Notes: a model not told the origin generated them from the letters alone. A stretch of 64,000 nt of DNA from an uncultured delta proteobacterium (GCA_963771465.1 CAVYTU010000009.1:128001-192000), one strand, 5' to 3'. Shown: positions 43,992-54,016, counted from the stretch's first letter. A program made the numbers and translations.

Positions 43992-44360
43992 TCGCGGTGC
44001 GGAATTCCTACGCCACTCTGCATTTCTTGGTCAACAAGAAATCCCGCGCTTGTGATGCGCGCACAGCGTGAGCCCATGCGGGACCCGTGGAATGTGCCGG
44101 GTTAGAGACGTAGCGTCGTTTAATAGGAGCATACGAAGTAAAACGACGGAGTGCGAAAGGGGCCAATCATGCTCTGGGATAGCGGTTGCTGTGCAGCTTA
44201 ATAGGGCAGTTGAATAAACTAAACTCTGAGGAGGGTTTTATGAGCGTAATCGGCTGGATATCTTTGGACTCGTCGTCTTTGAACCGGCGGGCTTGCTCAA
44301 ATGATTCGCAGCGATCAGTCTTAGCTTATTCTTGCGTCGAAGAATGGCGCTGCGGCCGTG

Positions 44361-46052
44361 CTAGATCCTCTCTGCCTGTTTTGGTCGTTCAATCTCACTA
44401 CGTTTCAGCAAGTAATCGAGGCCACCGATCCGATACCAACGATAGCCGTAGGCATTGATCAGCAAGTGATGCTTTCCATCTTTTTCAGCGCGGCTATGTT
44501 CCTCGGTCAATAAGTTTATCAGTATGCGAGCCTCAGTACCTCGTAAGCCAGTAGCGAATGCTACCTCTCGGGGAATGGCATCCAAATTGTGGACAAACAG
44601 GACGGAATTGTTGCGCCAATCATAGCGGATTGCGAGCACCGCTGGATCTCGAGTCGAAAGCACTTCAAAGTCGCCCCAGCCGACTTCCGGAACTTCCTTG
44701 CGCATGCGGATGATGCGTTCTGTCCAGTTGAGCAGCGAATTCGGATCGCGCCTCTGCTCCGCGGCATTGACATGCTGGTAGCCGTAGGGTCCATCGCTGA
44801 TAACCGGCAAAATTGGCTTGTCCGATTTCGTGAATCCCGCATGAGGCTCCGTCGACCATTGCATCGGCGTGCGAGCGCAATTGCGCTCGGGCAGATTGAG
44901 ATCATCTCCCATCCCAATCTCGTCGCCATAGCGAACCACCGGCGTTCCGGGGAGCGTGAACATGAGGCTGTAGGCGAGCTCGATGCGCCGCCGATCGCCA
45001 TTGAGCATGGGCACGAGCCGGCGTCTGATGCCGCGATGATAGAGCTGCATCTCCTTTTCAGGTCCGAAGCATTCGAATACGCGCTGGCGTTGCTCCTCGG
45101 TCAAGCGGCCGAGATCGAGCTCGTCGTGATTGCGCAAAAACAAACCCCATTGCGCCGTCGCGGGCCGTGGTTTCGTCGCCTTGAGCGCCTGCACAAGCGG
45201 CCGACTGTCGGCGGCTGCCAATGCGTAAAATAAATTCTGATTGACCTGAAAATTGAACATCATGTGCATGCGATCGCCGTCTTGGCCGAAATACTGCATG
45301 TTGGTTTCAGGCAAGACATTTGCTTCGGCGAGAATAATGGCGTCGCCTTTGCGCCACTGAAGGAATTCTCGCAACCCACGCAGCATATCGTATTGCAGCA
45401 ACGGCTTTTTCACGCGCGGGCCCTTCGTCGAGATCACGAATGGTACGGCGTCCATGCGGAATCCCACCACTCCGAGCTGAATCCAGAAGCCCATGATCTT
45501 GAGGATCTCGGACTGGACGTACGGGTTCGAGGTGTTGAGATCGGGCTGGAAGTCATAGAATCGGTGGAAATACCAAGCGCGCGCGGTCTGGTCATAGGAC
45601 CAGGTCGACTTCTGTACTCCGGGAAAAACCATTCCTTTGTCGGCATGCGGCGGCTTCTTGTCGGACCAGATATACCAATCGCGGTATTTCGAGTCAGGAC
45701 TACTGCGCGCCTCTCGAAACCATGGATGCCGGTCGGAAGTGTGATTGACCACCAGATCCATGATGACGCGTATACCTCGCTGGTGCGCCCCGTGCGTAAA
45801 TTCGACGAAATCGCCCAGCGTGCCGTAGCGCGGATTCACCCCGTAATAGTCCGAGATATCATATCCATCGTCGCGGCCGGGCGACGGCTGAAACGGCATC
45901 AGCCAGATCGCCGTAATCCCGAGCCCGTGCAGATAGTCCAGACGGCGCACGAGCCCCTGGAAATCGCCGATTCCGTCCCCATTGGCATCCATAAAAGTGC
46001 CGACGGAAAGACAATAGATCACCGCGCTCTTATACCAAAGGTCATTGATCAT
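44361..46052 (-). CDS. GH13 alpha-amylase family protein, trehalose-synthase-like
   Basis: DGYDISDY, DLVVNHTS, FRMDAVP, LAEAN, LRNHDELDL. Confidence 0.88.
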   Translation of the reverse strand: MINDLWYKSAVIYCLSVGTFMDANGDGIGDFQGLVRRLDYLHGLGITAIWLMPFQPSPGRDDGYDISDYYGVNPRYGTLGDFVEFTHGAHQRGIRVIMDLVVNHTSDRHPWFREARSSPDSKYRDWYIWSDKKPPHADKGMVFPGVQKSTWSYDQTARAWYFHRFYDFQPDLNTSNPYVQSEILKIMGFWIQLGVVGFRMDAVPFVISTKGPRVKKPLLQYDMLRGLREFLQWRKGDAIILAEANVLPETNMQYFGQDGDRMHMMFNFQVNQNLFYALAAADSRPLVQALKATKPRPATAQWGLFLRNHDELDLGRLTEEQRQRVFECFGPEKEMQLYHRGIRRRLVPMLNGDRRRIELAYSLMFTLPGTPVVRYGDEIGMGDDLNLPERNCARTPMQWSTEPHAGFTKSDKPILPVISDGPYGYQHVNAAEQRRDPNSLLNWTERIIRMRKEVPEVGWGDFEVLSTRDPAVLAIRYDWRNNSVLFVHNLDAIPREVAFATGLRGTEARILINLLTEEHSRAEKDGKHHLLINAYGYRWYRIGGLDYLLKRSEIERPKQAERI

Positions 46053-46330
46053 AGAAGTCAGACCTCAGCCGCGCATGAGCCAATTTTAGCGCGCCGAACG
46101 CGATCGAACAGGTCACCGTTTGGAACAATGAATTCTGTGGAGACATGGAGTCTTTTCAGTAATTGTACGGCTGCGATGGCAACTGAGGAGCGAGAGAGCC
46201 GCCGATGCTTATATGCGAATCCATCGTGACTCCACTTTGCTTCCCTAAGCAAGTTAGCAACATCGGATAGGGATGCATGGCAAATCGAGCGGTGACAGAC
46301 CGAGTTGTTTTGGGCACTGATGATTTCATC

Positions 46331-47455
46331 TCATAGCGCGGCGCTCTCAGCATGCACGAGCGCGGGTTTTTCGACAGCCGGGCGATGCGTGGTTTGTTTA
46401 ATTGACGGCCTTTGCCTTTGCCGCACGGGTGCGATTTTCACCGGGCGCCGTCGTCTTGCCGAACGATAGAGCGCTTCTATTATGCGAACATCGGCGATAC
46501 CCTCCGTACCCGAAGGCTCCGGACGTTTGTTCTTCAAAATACAATCGGAAAAATGAATCAGTTCGGGAGCAAATTGATCTCGTTTCGCAAAAGTTTGCTT
46601 GCGGGTTTTCCCTTTGACCGTAGTGTAGAGATCAATTGGATACACGTACTCATAGGCCTGTTCGAGTCGCACATCGCCTTTCGTGCCCACCACGCGGTAA
46701 CTGGCGACGTCGGCCGCACCAAAGCTCGAAGTGAAAACCGCCAGACGATCGTTCGGAAAGCGCAAAATCGCGCTTGTCATTTCGTCGATTTCTCTGAAGC
46801 GGGCGTCCTTCTTGTTAGCGCTGCTGAATGCAAAAACTTCGATGGGTTCTGCGCCGAAAAGGTAGCGCGCGGCGTTGATACAGTAAATCCCGATGTCGTA
46901 AAGCGTTCCGCCGCCTTTTTCTTTATCGGTGCGAATATTGTCGGGGCGCACCTGCATGGAAAACGACGACGTGAACATGCGCGGGTTGCCGAGTTTTCCC
47001 GCGCGTACGATCTTCACGGCTGTCATATTAGATTCTTCAAAATGAAGCCGGTAAGCGACCATCAATTTGACGCCGGCGCGTTCTGCGGCGCGGATCATCG
47101 CCGAACACTCTTTCTCGGTAACGGCCATAGGTTTTTCGCACAAAACGTGAATTCCTGCCTGCGCGGCGCGAATGCTGTAGCGTGCGTGTAGATGGTTTGG
47201 TAAAGCAATATAAACCGCATCGACGATGCCGCTGCGTAAGCATTCGTCATATTCGCGGTAAGAAAACAGATGATCGACTTGATAACGGCGCCCTAGGGTC
47301 TTACGTTTTTGCACATCGTCGGAGACCAACGCGGTGAGTTGAGAATTTGCCCGCGCATGTGCGAATGCCGGCAGCACAGCGACCTGAGCGATATGCCCTA
47401 AGCCGACGACCGCGTACCGTATCTTACGACTCCGTTTAGAAGTAGTCATTTTCAT
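46331..47455 (-). CDS. Gfo/Idh/MocA oxidoreductase (glucose-fructose oxidoreductase-like)
   Basis: YAVVGLGHIA, VLCEKPM, LYDIGIYC. Confidence 0.9.
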   Translation of the reverse strand: MKMTTSKRSRKIRYAVVGLGHIAQVAVLPAFAHARANSQLTALVSDDVQKRKTLGRRYQVDHLFSYREYDECLRSGIVDAVYIALPNHLHARYSIRAAQAGIHVLCEKPMAVTEKECSAMIRAAERAGVKLMVAYRLHFEESNMTAVKIVRAGKLGNPRMFTSSFSMQVRPDNIRTDKEKGGGTLYDIGIYCINAARYLFGAEPIEVFAFSSANKKDARFREIDEMTSAILRFPNDRLAVFTSSFGAADVASYRVVGTKGDVRLEQAYEYVYPIDLYTTVKGKTRKQTFAKRDQFAPELIHFSDCILKNKRPEPSGTEGIADVRIIEALYRSARRRRPVKIAPVRQRQRPSIKQTTHRPAVEKPALVHAESAAL

Positions 47456-47793
47456 TTTCGCCTAATCGACCACGAACGTAGGGCAGACACAAAAGTGATG
47501 GAGTAGATTGGACGGAAGATCATGCCGTTGAAAATAAAAGTCGAAAAAATAAAGTGCAGTCGGCGATCGTGACAACGTAGTTTTACCCATGGATAAAGCA
47601 AAACTAGCGCCATTAATTACTATCAGGAACGATAGTCATTAAGTCGCGCCATCCGAGTTAATGTCCCAAAATCAAGAAACCGTATTCTGCGGCGTCCCGA
47701 GTCCGAGAGAGATGTGCGGGTATGGGACCAACGCTCCGGCATTGGTGCGTTGAGATTCTGAGCAAGGAGACAGCAGGTGTTTTATTTTTCGAC

Positions 47794-47968
47794 TTATAGG
47801 TTCCTTGGCCCAAGCAGCCATCGACCAATCATAATCGCGAGAAAGGCCAAGGCGACCTTGAATGTAACCTTTATCACCACGCTCAACGGCCCCAAACGAA
47901 CTGCTATCAAGAAGACAACGACACACACGACGAACAGGAAGAGGTAAAACTTGACTGCGACCGGCATG
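47794..47968 (-). CDS. Small membrane protein
   Basis: MPVAVKFYLF... with two hydrophobic segments. Confidence 0.35.
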
Positions 47969-48345
47969 AGTTCGCCTTTATCGCCGACGGGTTTGGATTG
48001 CCAAGACTTGGCCGTGACCAGCATTCGCGCTCGTCGCACTTACGGAGACTTCGCTCTCTACAAAGATCGGCGGTGAATACATAATCGCCCTTTTGTTGCC
48101 GTGGTCTCGGCGCGAATTCCCTCCCCTAGTCCCAACGCTGGGACTCGAGACGTCGAAGTGTTTCAGTATTACGACATTAATGTGCCGGCTTCGGCACAAA
48201 ATTGAATAAATTGACCATTTTTAGTGGCACAACTTCTGCTGTTTATTTAAAGGGATAGTAATCGCGAGACTCAACTTATTGACAGGTCATTATCGCTGCT
48301 GACTGCGCTGCTCGTATATAAGCAGGATCAGAAAATAATCCAACT

Positions 48346-48549
48346 ATGGTCGCTTCGCGCAAAACCTCTCCGGTGGGACACCATGCGACATATTGGCTCT
48401 CGCCGTTACTCGCGGTCTTTTCGATAATAGGTTTGAGCGGCTGCGAAATTATCGGCGACATTTTCCAAGCCGGTGTTTGGGTCGGAGTTCTTCTGGTTCT
48501 CGGCGTCTTCGCGCTCATCGTCTGGATCGTTTCCAAGACGAAAAGCTAG
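48346..48549 (+). CDS. Small lipoprotein-like membrane protein
   Basis: GLSGC lipobox, then EIIGDIFQAGVWVG and a TM helix. Confidence 0.65.
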   Translation: MVASRKTSPVGHHATYWLSPLLAVFSIIGLSGCEIIGDIFQAGVWVGVLLVLGVFALIVWIVSKTKS

Positions 48550-48654
48550 CGCGGACATGAATTCGAAGCCCAAGAACAATAATAGCGGTAAGGCAGAAGA
48601 CGGATGCAAGAATAGCAGCGTTAACCCCTGATGCTGCTCGGCTACCTTGATCTT

Positions 48655-49433
48655 ATGATTTCCGAATTAATAAACGATCTTAAGGCGCACACAAACAATT
48701 ATATTGATTGTAATCCGATCTTTACACGTCTTTCTTCCGGCGACATCACACTGTTTCACTACCTCGCCTACCTAAGAGAAAACGTATCACCTCGTAAAGC
48801 ATACGCCTAAATACTTGATGGTCGCCGCTAATCGAGTAGCGGAAAGCGATCAACGACTGTCCGCCTATTTTAGAAAATTTTCTTTTAGAAGAAACCGGAC
48901 AGTTGCTATGCATCAGGGACATTAATGCACTTGGAGAAAACGCGGAGCTTATCATATCTGGCGATCCCAACGCCGGAGCATGGGGAATAGTAACTCAATG
49001 TTATTTTTGGGCCGCCCAAGGCAATCCGGTCGCGCTCCTAGGCGATGCCTTCGCGACCGAAGAGCTTGGCGTCGCAAGGGGCATCGAAGTAGCGAGCCTT
49101 CTTGTGGCGAACTATGGTATTTCGCGTAAAGCAACCAATTTTTTGCGGGTTCATGGGAACGAAGACAATCAGCATCTGGAAGCGGCGGCCGGAGTAATCG
49201 AGTGGTACGCAGCAGATCGTAATCACTACGCTGACATAGATTATGCTACGAGAATGACATACCGATACTACGGCCAGTTATTCACGGATGTTTTGGAACT
49301 GGGCGACAGTTGGAGGCGGAGTTACTACGCAGCTGTCTTTCGCAGTATCGCCCAGGCGATCACGTGGCGCGACGCTACGAGCGTACCAATTCTCGCGGAA
49401 CAGGCAGAAAACCAAACTTCGAGTATTCAGTAA
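48655..49433 (+). pseudogene. Heme-oxygenase-like diiron (iron-containing redox) enzyme, two frameshifts
   Basis: Reconstructed YLAYLRE/TYHLVKHT...EETG...EE...FLRVHGNEDNQH; shifts in an A run (~48780) and a T run (~48885). Confidence 0.65.
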
Positions 49434-49671
49434 GGTTATGTAAACGATACCCTTAGATTTGAGAATGCGCTGGATCTCGCGGAAAGTTTTCTTTCGGTTG
49501 AAGCAGATGTTCGACAACACTGCTCTTCCATCACGCCGTAGGTACGTCGAATCCTAGACCGCGACTTGCATTACGCCGATGCGCTCGGCTCGACGCCCTA
49601 AATATCCCTACCCCGTTGCTTGGCACAATCTGCCATGGACATTCGCTTAACCTTGCGGTAGGTGGTTGATC

Positions 49672-50424
49672 ATGAAAACGGATGAATTTATCGAGGAACT
49701 TTGGGGCTACGCCGCTGAAGTACCGATGGAACAGCATCCATGGTTCGACGGCATCATCAAGCACCGCTGGAGCAAGGAGCAGATCATTCTCGGCGAAGTG
49801 CAGCATTATTTGCGCGTGCGCACCAATCCGATCTTCTTTGGCCATATGGCGATCAACGCGGTGTCGGCGAAGGAATATGCGGTCATGGCAACGGTGTTGG
49901 AAAACTTCATGGAAGAGCTCGGCGGCAAGCGCACGCACGTCGATATCATGCTGCAATTTCTCGAAGAAGGCGGCATCACCCGCAAGGAAGCGGATAACGC
50001 CGAGCCCGCGCCAGGAACTTTAGCCGCCATCGAAATGATCATCGGCTGTTGCCAGCGCCGCTCCGCCCTCGAAGGCGTCGCCATGCTCGCCTTCGTCGAA
50101 AGCCAACTCGGTGGCGAGGGAAAGATTTCGGAAAAAGTTTATCGCGAGCTTACCGGATACTACGGATTCACAGCGCGCGCCGCGGCAACCTACCAACTGC
50201 ACGCTGCCCAAGACGAAGGACACGGCAGCCGGCAAATCGATGCAATACGAATGCTCGCCACCGATACAACAAGCCAAAACAAGATTCGCGCCGCGGTAAA
50301 ACTTGGCCTGACGGCATTCACGTTAGAATGGGACGGTCATGTTCAGGCGATGACGGGGAAGCGGGAATTTTGGGGTGGCGTGGCCGATTTGAAACTACGT
50401 CAACCTAAAGTGAAACTGGCATAA
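49672..50424 (+). CDS. TenA/PqqC/CADD-like heme-oxygenase-fold oxidase
   Basis: QHPWF, ENFMEE...THVD, VESQ, YQLHAAQDEGH metal ligands. Confidence 0.85.
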   Translation: MKTDEFIEELWGYAAEVPMEQHPWFDGIIKHRWSKEQIILGEVQHYLRVRTNPIFFGHMAINAVSAKEYAVMATVLENFMEELGGKRTHVDIMLQFLEEGGITRKEADNAEPAPGTLAAIEMIIGCCQRRSALEGVAMLAFVESQLGGEGKISEKVYRELTGYYGFTARAAATYQLHAAQDEGHGSRQIDAIRMLATDTTSQNKIRAAVKLGLTAFTLEWDGHVQAMTGKREFWGGVADLKLRQPKVKLA

Positions 50425-50483
50425 AGACCGGAAGTCTCTGATCTCGCTGCTAAATCTTGAGCGGTGGAAACTCGAAAACTCTC

Positions 50484-50705
50484 TCAGATCGGCCACTCCT
50501 TCGGCAAATCTTTTCTAAGCGTCTTGTACTCCGGGTCGTTGCTGTGCTTAGCGCGCAAGCGCTTGAGCGCCGCGACGACTTCCTTCTGCTCTTTCTTCAC
50601 TGCGTTGGAGACCATACCCGTGGTCTCTTCGAAGCCGACGCCTCAATTGTTGTGTCAGCCGCGCATGCGTTTGAGAATGTAGAGATCGTCTTCCTTGGTT
50701 GCCAT
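50484..50705 (-). CDS. Candidate 73-aa selenoprotein with two in-frame UGA codons (U17, U21)
   Basis: MATKEDDLYILKRMRG-U-HNN-U-GVGFEETTGMVSNAVKKEQKEVVAALKRLRAKHSNDPEYKTLRKDLPKEWPI; starts 11 bp after the upstream stop; hairpin at 50608-50627. Confidence 0.55.
50608..50627 (-). promoter_or_regulatory. SECIS-like hairpin
   Basis: GAGACCA-CGGGUA-UGGUCUC, perfect 7-bp stem; loop begins 23 nt after the 2nd and 35 nt after the 1st UGA. Confidence 0.5.
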
Positions 50706-50716
50706 GCGAGATTCTT

Positions 50717-51136
50717 TCAACTCGAAATGCCGGAAAAACCTACTTTTTGGTTCGTAATTAATTCGGTCGCGGTCTCCGGCTCACCATCCGTCTTTACAGT
50801 CACGCGAATGCGAACGAAAATCCGCCAAGCGTCACCACGCCATTGGCAGTGAAAAATGACAAAAGCATTTTCAGTCACCGGTCCTGCCGGCTCCGCACAA
50901 TGCACGAGACTCTGGAACTGTTCGCTGCCGCCGCCCGACAATTCGAGCGGCGGCGTGAAACGTACCTCATCTGATTTGAATTGCCCATGGGGTAAGCGTG
51001 CGGAAAGAATATTCACTGTATCGCTGCCAAAATTTTCGACTTCCCAGCGAATATTCCAACCATTCGTCGCCGCATCGCGTGCTACCAAAAGCTGACGCAA
51101 GACGATTTTCGGTTCCGCTGGCGAAAGCGCCGCCAC
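50717..51136 (-). CDS. Hypothetical beta-rich protein
   Basis: 139-aa ORF starting 3 bp after the ABC binding-protein stop. Confidence 0.75.
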   Translation of the reverse strand: MAALSPAEPKIVLRQLLVARDAATNGWNIRWEVENFGSDTVNILSARLPHGQFKSDEVRFTPPLELSGGGSEQFQSLVHCAEPAGPVTENAFVIFHCQWRGDAWRIFVRIRVTVKTDGEPETATELITNQKVGFSGISS

Positions 51137-51139
51137 AGT

Positions 51140-52155
51140 TTACTTCAGCCTGCCTTCTGCGCGCAGTTCCTGCTGTGCGATCTTGAGAATCCGATCGTTG
51201 ACGACTCGATCGAGGGTAAAGTTCTTGTCCACCAGTCCGGCGCGAATATCTTCGTCGAGCATCTGCTGGAGTCCACCGGTTACGATCGACAGATCAGCCG
51301 TGAGACCCGGAGCATACAGATCGTAAGCCGCGTTGACGATATCCGTTTCGCCGCTGAGACCTGACTCGTAGCCCGCTTTGATCGCCTCGCGCTTGTTGAA
51401 TTTGGCCAACTGCATCCCTTGGATGTAAGCTTTGAGCACTCGTTTGCTCATCTCCGGAAATTTTTCCAAAACTTCGTTGCGCGTGACGATAATATTTTGC
51501 GGAATGCCCAGCGACTCGCTTAGATTACTGATCAGGGAATAACCGGCTTTGATGAGCCGAACGCCATCCTCCGGTGAGAACGGCGCCGCGGCGATTATCC
51601 CTTCTCGATGGCCGCCGCGCGCAATACGGTGCCGCCGATCGCTCGCAGCGTGACATCCTTGTCTGGGTTGATATTGTGTTTCTTGAGGAAAGCCTTCATG
51701 GCGAATTCTGAGTAGGTTCCGGCGCCGGTCACGCCGATCATCTTGCCTCTGAGGTCTTCCACCGTGCGCGTCTGCTTGTTGCCGAGCAAAATGTAATTGG
51801 TCGTGCTCGAAGTGCAACCGACTATCGATAAATCCAATCCCCGAGATCGGCTGCGAAAAACCGCCTGCGCGCCGCCGATGGCGGCGAAATCAACTTCTCC
51901 GGAAACCAGAGCGGCGATTGCCGCGGGCCCGCCGCGAATCAGGATCGGCTCGACGCTCAGCCCCTGCTGTTTGAAAAATCCACGCGCCAGCGCGACGCGA
52001 AAAGGAATCTCGCTATTCCAAGCGAGGCTGACGAATACCATGCGAACGTTCTTCTTTTCCTGCGCCAGGGGGAGTGTAGCGCTCAAGAGCACGGCAAGAA
52101 GGCAAATCCCGAATTGCGATAATCTTCGAATACCCATCACGCCAGTCCTCTTCAC
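51140..52155 (-). CDS. NMT1/TauA-type ABC substrate-binding protein, 1-nt frameshift ~51600
   Basis: Signal peptide, GFFKQQGL, ALVSGEVDF, DLRGKMIGV; AIEKG/IIAAAPF junction lacks one G in a G run. Confidence 0.85.
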
Positions 52156-52613
52156 CGTTTCGCGTACACCGTCATCTTGCCGTTCTTATCGAAGGTGAAA
52201 ACCGTATACGGCTCCGGCTTGCCGCCTTCCATGCCCGGCGAGCCCACCGGCATGCCTGGCACGGCGAGGCCGAGCACCGGCGGTTTCTCTTTTAACAATT
52301 TGTCGATCAAGTCCGCCGGCACGTGACCTTCTATGACGTAGCCGTCGATCACAGCGGTATGACAGGAACGCAGTTTCTCAGGGACATTGTGCTTAATTTT
52401 TACATCAACAAGCTTGCTGCTCATCACGTTCTTCTTGTCGACTTTGAATCCATTCGCTTGTAGGTGCCCGACCCACCCAGTGCAGCAGCCTCAGCCGGGG
52501 TCTTGATAGACGGTGATTGATTTGGCGGCGGGTTTAGTTTGAGCTTCCAGCCGTACTGCGACGAATGCGAAGCAGATTAAAAACCAAATGATGGCAAATT
52601 GGCGATGTCGCAT
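52152..52613 (-). CDS. DUF411/CopG-like periplasmic metal-binding protein with Sec (U41-G-C-C)
   Basis: GAGGAG RBS, signal peptide, VYQDPG-TGA-GCCTGWVGHL in frame with SCHTA, EGHVPA, GLAVPGMPVGSPGME. Confidence 0.85.
52461..52479 (-). promoter_or_regulatory. SECIS-like hairpin
   Basis: UGGGUG-GGUCGGG-CACCUA stem-loop after an 11-nt spacer from the UGA at 52491-52493; loop starts with G. Confidence 0.65.
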
Positions 52614-52788
52614 GTGAACTCCTCGCCCCATGCAATTTAGCAGATCGATCGACATAAAAGCGAGCCTGCGGCTGCACCACCGCTATGTTTTGCTCAGCTG
52701 CCACGCGTGAAATTGTCGCCGCTGCACTTGACAGAGAAGCCCCTTCACCTGTTAATTAGGAGCATTTCGAAAGAAAGATATACGAACC

Positions 52789-54000
52789 ATGGCCGAATCA
52801 AACGCAGATCGAAAACTCAAACTCGGCATCGTCGGCATCGGCGTCGGCGCGTCGGAAATCTTGCCGGCGATGGAGCAGATGGCCGAGTTCCAATTGGTCG
52901 CGGCGGCTGACGTCAACCCGCGCGTGTTGGAAACTTTTCGCCAGCGCTATGGCGCGAAGACCTATGACAGCGTCGAGAAGATGTGCGCCGACCCGGACGT
53001 CGAAGCAGTGTGGGTATCGACGCCGAATCGGTTCCATGCGCAACACACCATTACCGCCGCCAATGCCGGCAAACACGTCGTGGTCGAGAAGCCGATGGCG
53101 ATTTCGCTAGCCGAAGCGGAAAAAATGATCGAGGCTTCGGTCAAGAACAAGATCAAGCTGCTGTGCGGCCACACCCAAAGCTTCGGGCCCCATATTCGCA
53201 CCATGCGGAAAATCATCCGCTCCGGCGAACTTGGCCGGCTCTGCGCGCTGCATGTGTGGGCCTACACCGACTGGATGCTCCGGCCACGCACGCCGGATGA
53301 GCTCGACATCAATCAAGGCGGCGGCGTGCCTTATCGTCAGGGGCCGCACCAGATCGATACACTGAGGCTGCTCGGCGGCGGCCTCGTGCGGAGCGTGCGC
53401 GGCGCCACTGGCCAATGGTTCAAAGGCCGGCCGATTCCCGGCTACTATACCGGCTTCATGGAATTCGAAGATGGCACGCCGGCGACGCTGATGCATAACG
53501 GCTACGGCTATTTTCTTGCCTCAGAATTAGTTCCCTGGGGCGGACAGAATAGCCGTTACTCGGAAGCCGAGCGCGCCGCCGTGCGCAAAGCGTTGCTCGA
53601 CGGCACGCGCGACGAGAACGCCGACAAAGACGCCATGCGCATAGGCGGCGCCAACGAGAGTGAGATTCGCGACCGCAGCAAAGCAAAACCCTGGCTGCCC
53701 AATGACCTCGGCATCCTCGTCGCCACCTGCGAAAAAGGCGACATCCGCCAATCGCAACACGGCTTGTTCGTGCACAGCGACGAAGGGACCAAAGACGTAC
53801 CGCTGATGGGCGCTGGCGGGCCGTCGCGGCGCGGCGAGCTGATGGAACTGTATAACGCCGTGGTGCTCGACAAACCGATCCGTCACACCGGCCCCTGGGG
53901 TATGGCGACCTTAGAGGTTTGCCTGGCGATCATCGAATCGGCAAAGCACAGAAAAGAAATTTATCTAAAACACCAAGTGCCGGCGCCGGAGGAAGATTAA
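52789..54000 (+). CDS. Gfo/Idh/MocA oxidoreductase (phthalate dihydrodiol dehydrogenase-like)
   Basis: VVEKPM, YTDWMLRPR, GGGVPYRQGPHQID. Confidence 0.85.
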   Translation: MAESNADRKLKLGIVGIGVGASEILPAMEQMAEFQLVAAADVNPRVLETFRQRYGAKTYDSVEKMCADPDVEAVWVSTPNRFHAQHTITAANAGKHVVVEKPMAISLAEAEKMIEASVKNKIKLLCGHTQSFGPHIRTMRKIIRSGELGRLCALHVWAYTDWMLRPRTPDELDINQGGGVPYRQGPHQIDTLRLLGGGLVRSVRGATGQWFKGRPIPGYYTGFMEFEDGTPATLMHNGYGYFLASELVPWGGQNSRYSEAERAAVRKALLDGTRDENADKDAMRIGGANESEIRDRSKAKPWLPNDLGILVATCEKGDIRQSQHGLFVHSDEGTKDVPLMGAGGPSRRGELMELYNAVVLDKPIRHTGPWGMATLEVCLAIIESAKHRKEIYLKHQVPAPEED

Positions 54001-54016
54001 GAGCCATGTCGCTTCC

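Noticed and set aside
50457-50852. Plus-strand 131-aa ORF in the track
   Set aside because: Antisense shadow of the minus-strand genes, with implausible composition.
50484-52613. Genome-wide UGA reassignment (code 4/25) as the cause of in-frame TGAs
   Set aside because: Many genes here end in TGA at family-typical positions, often in ATGA overlaps.
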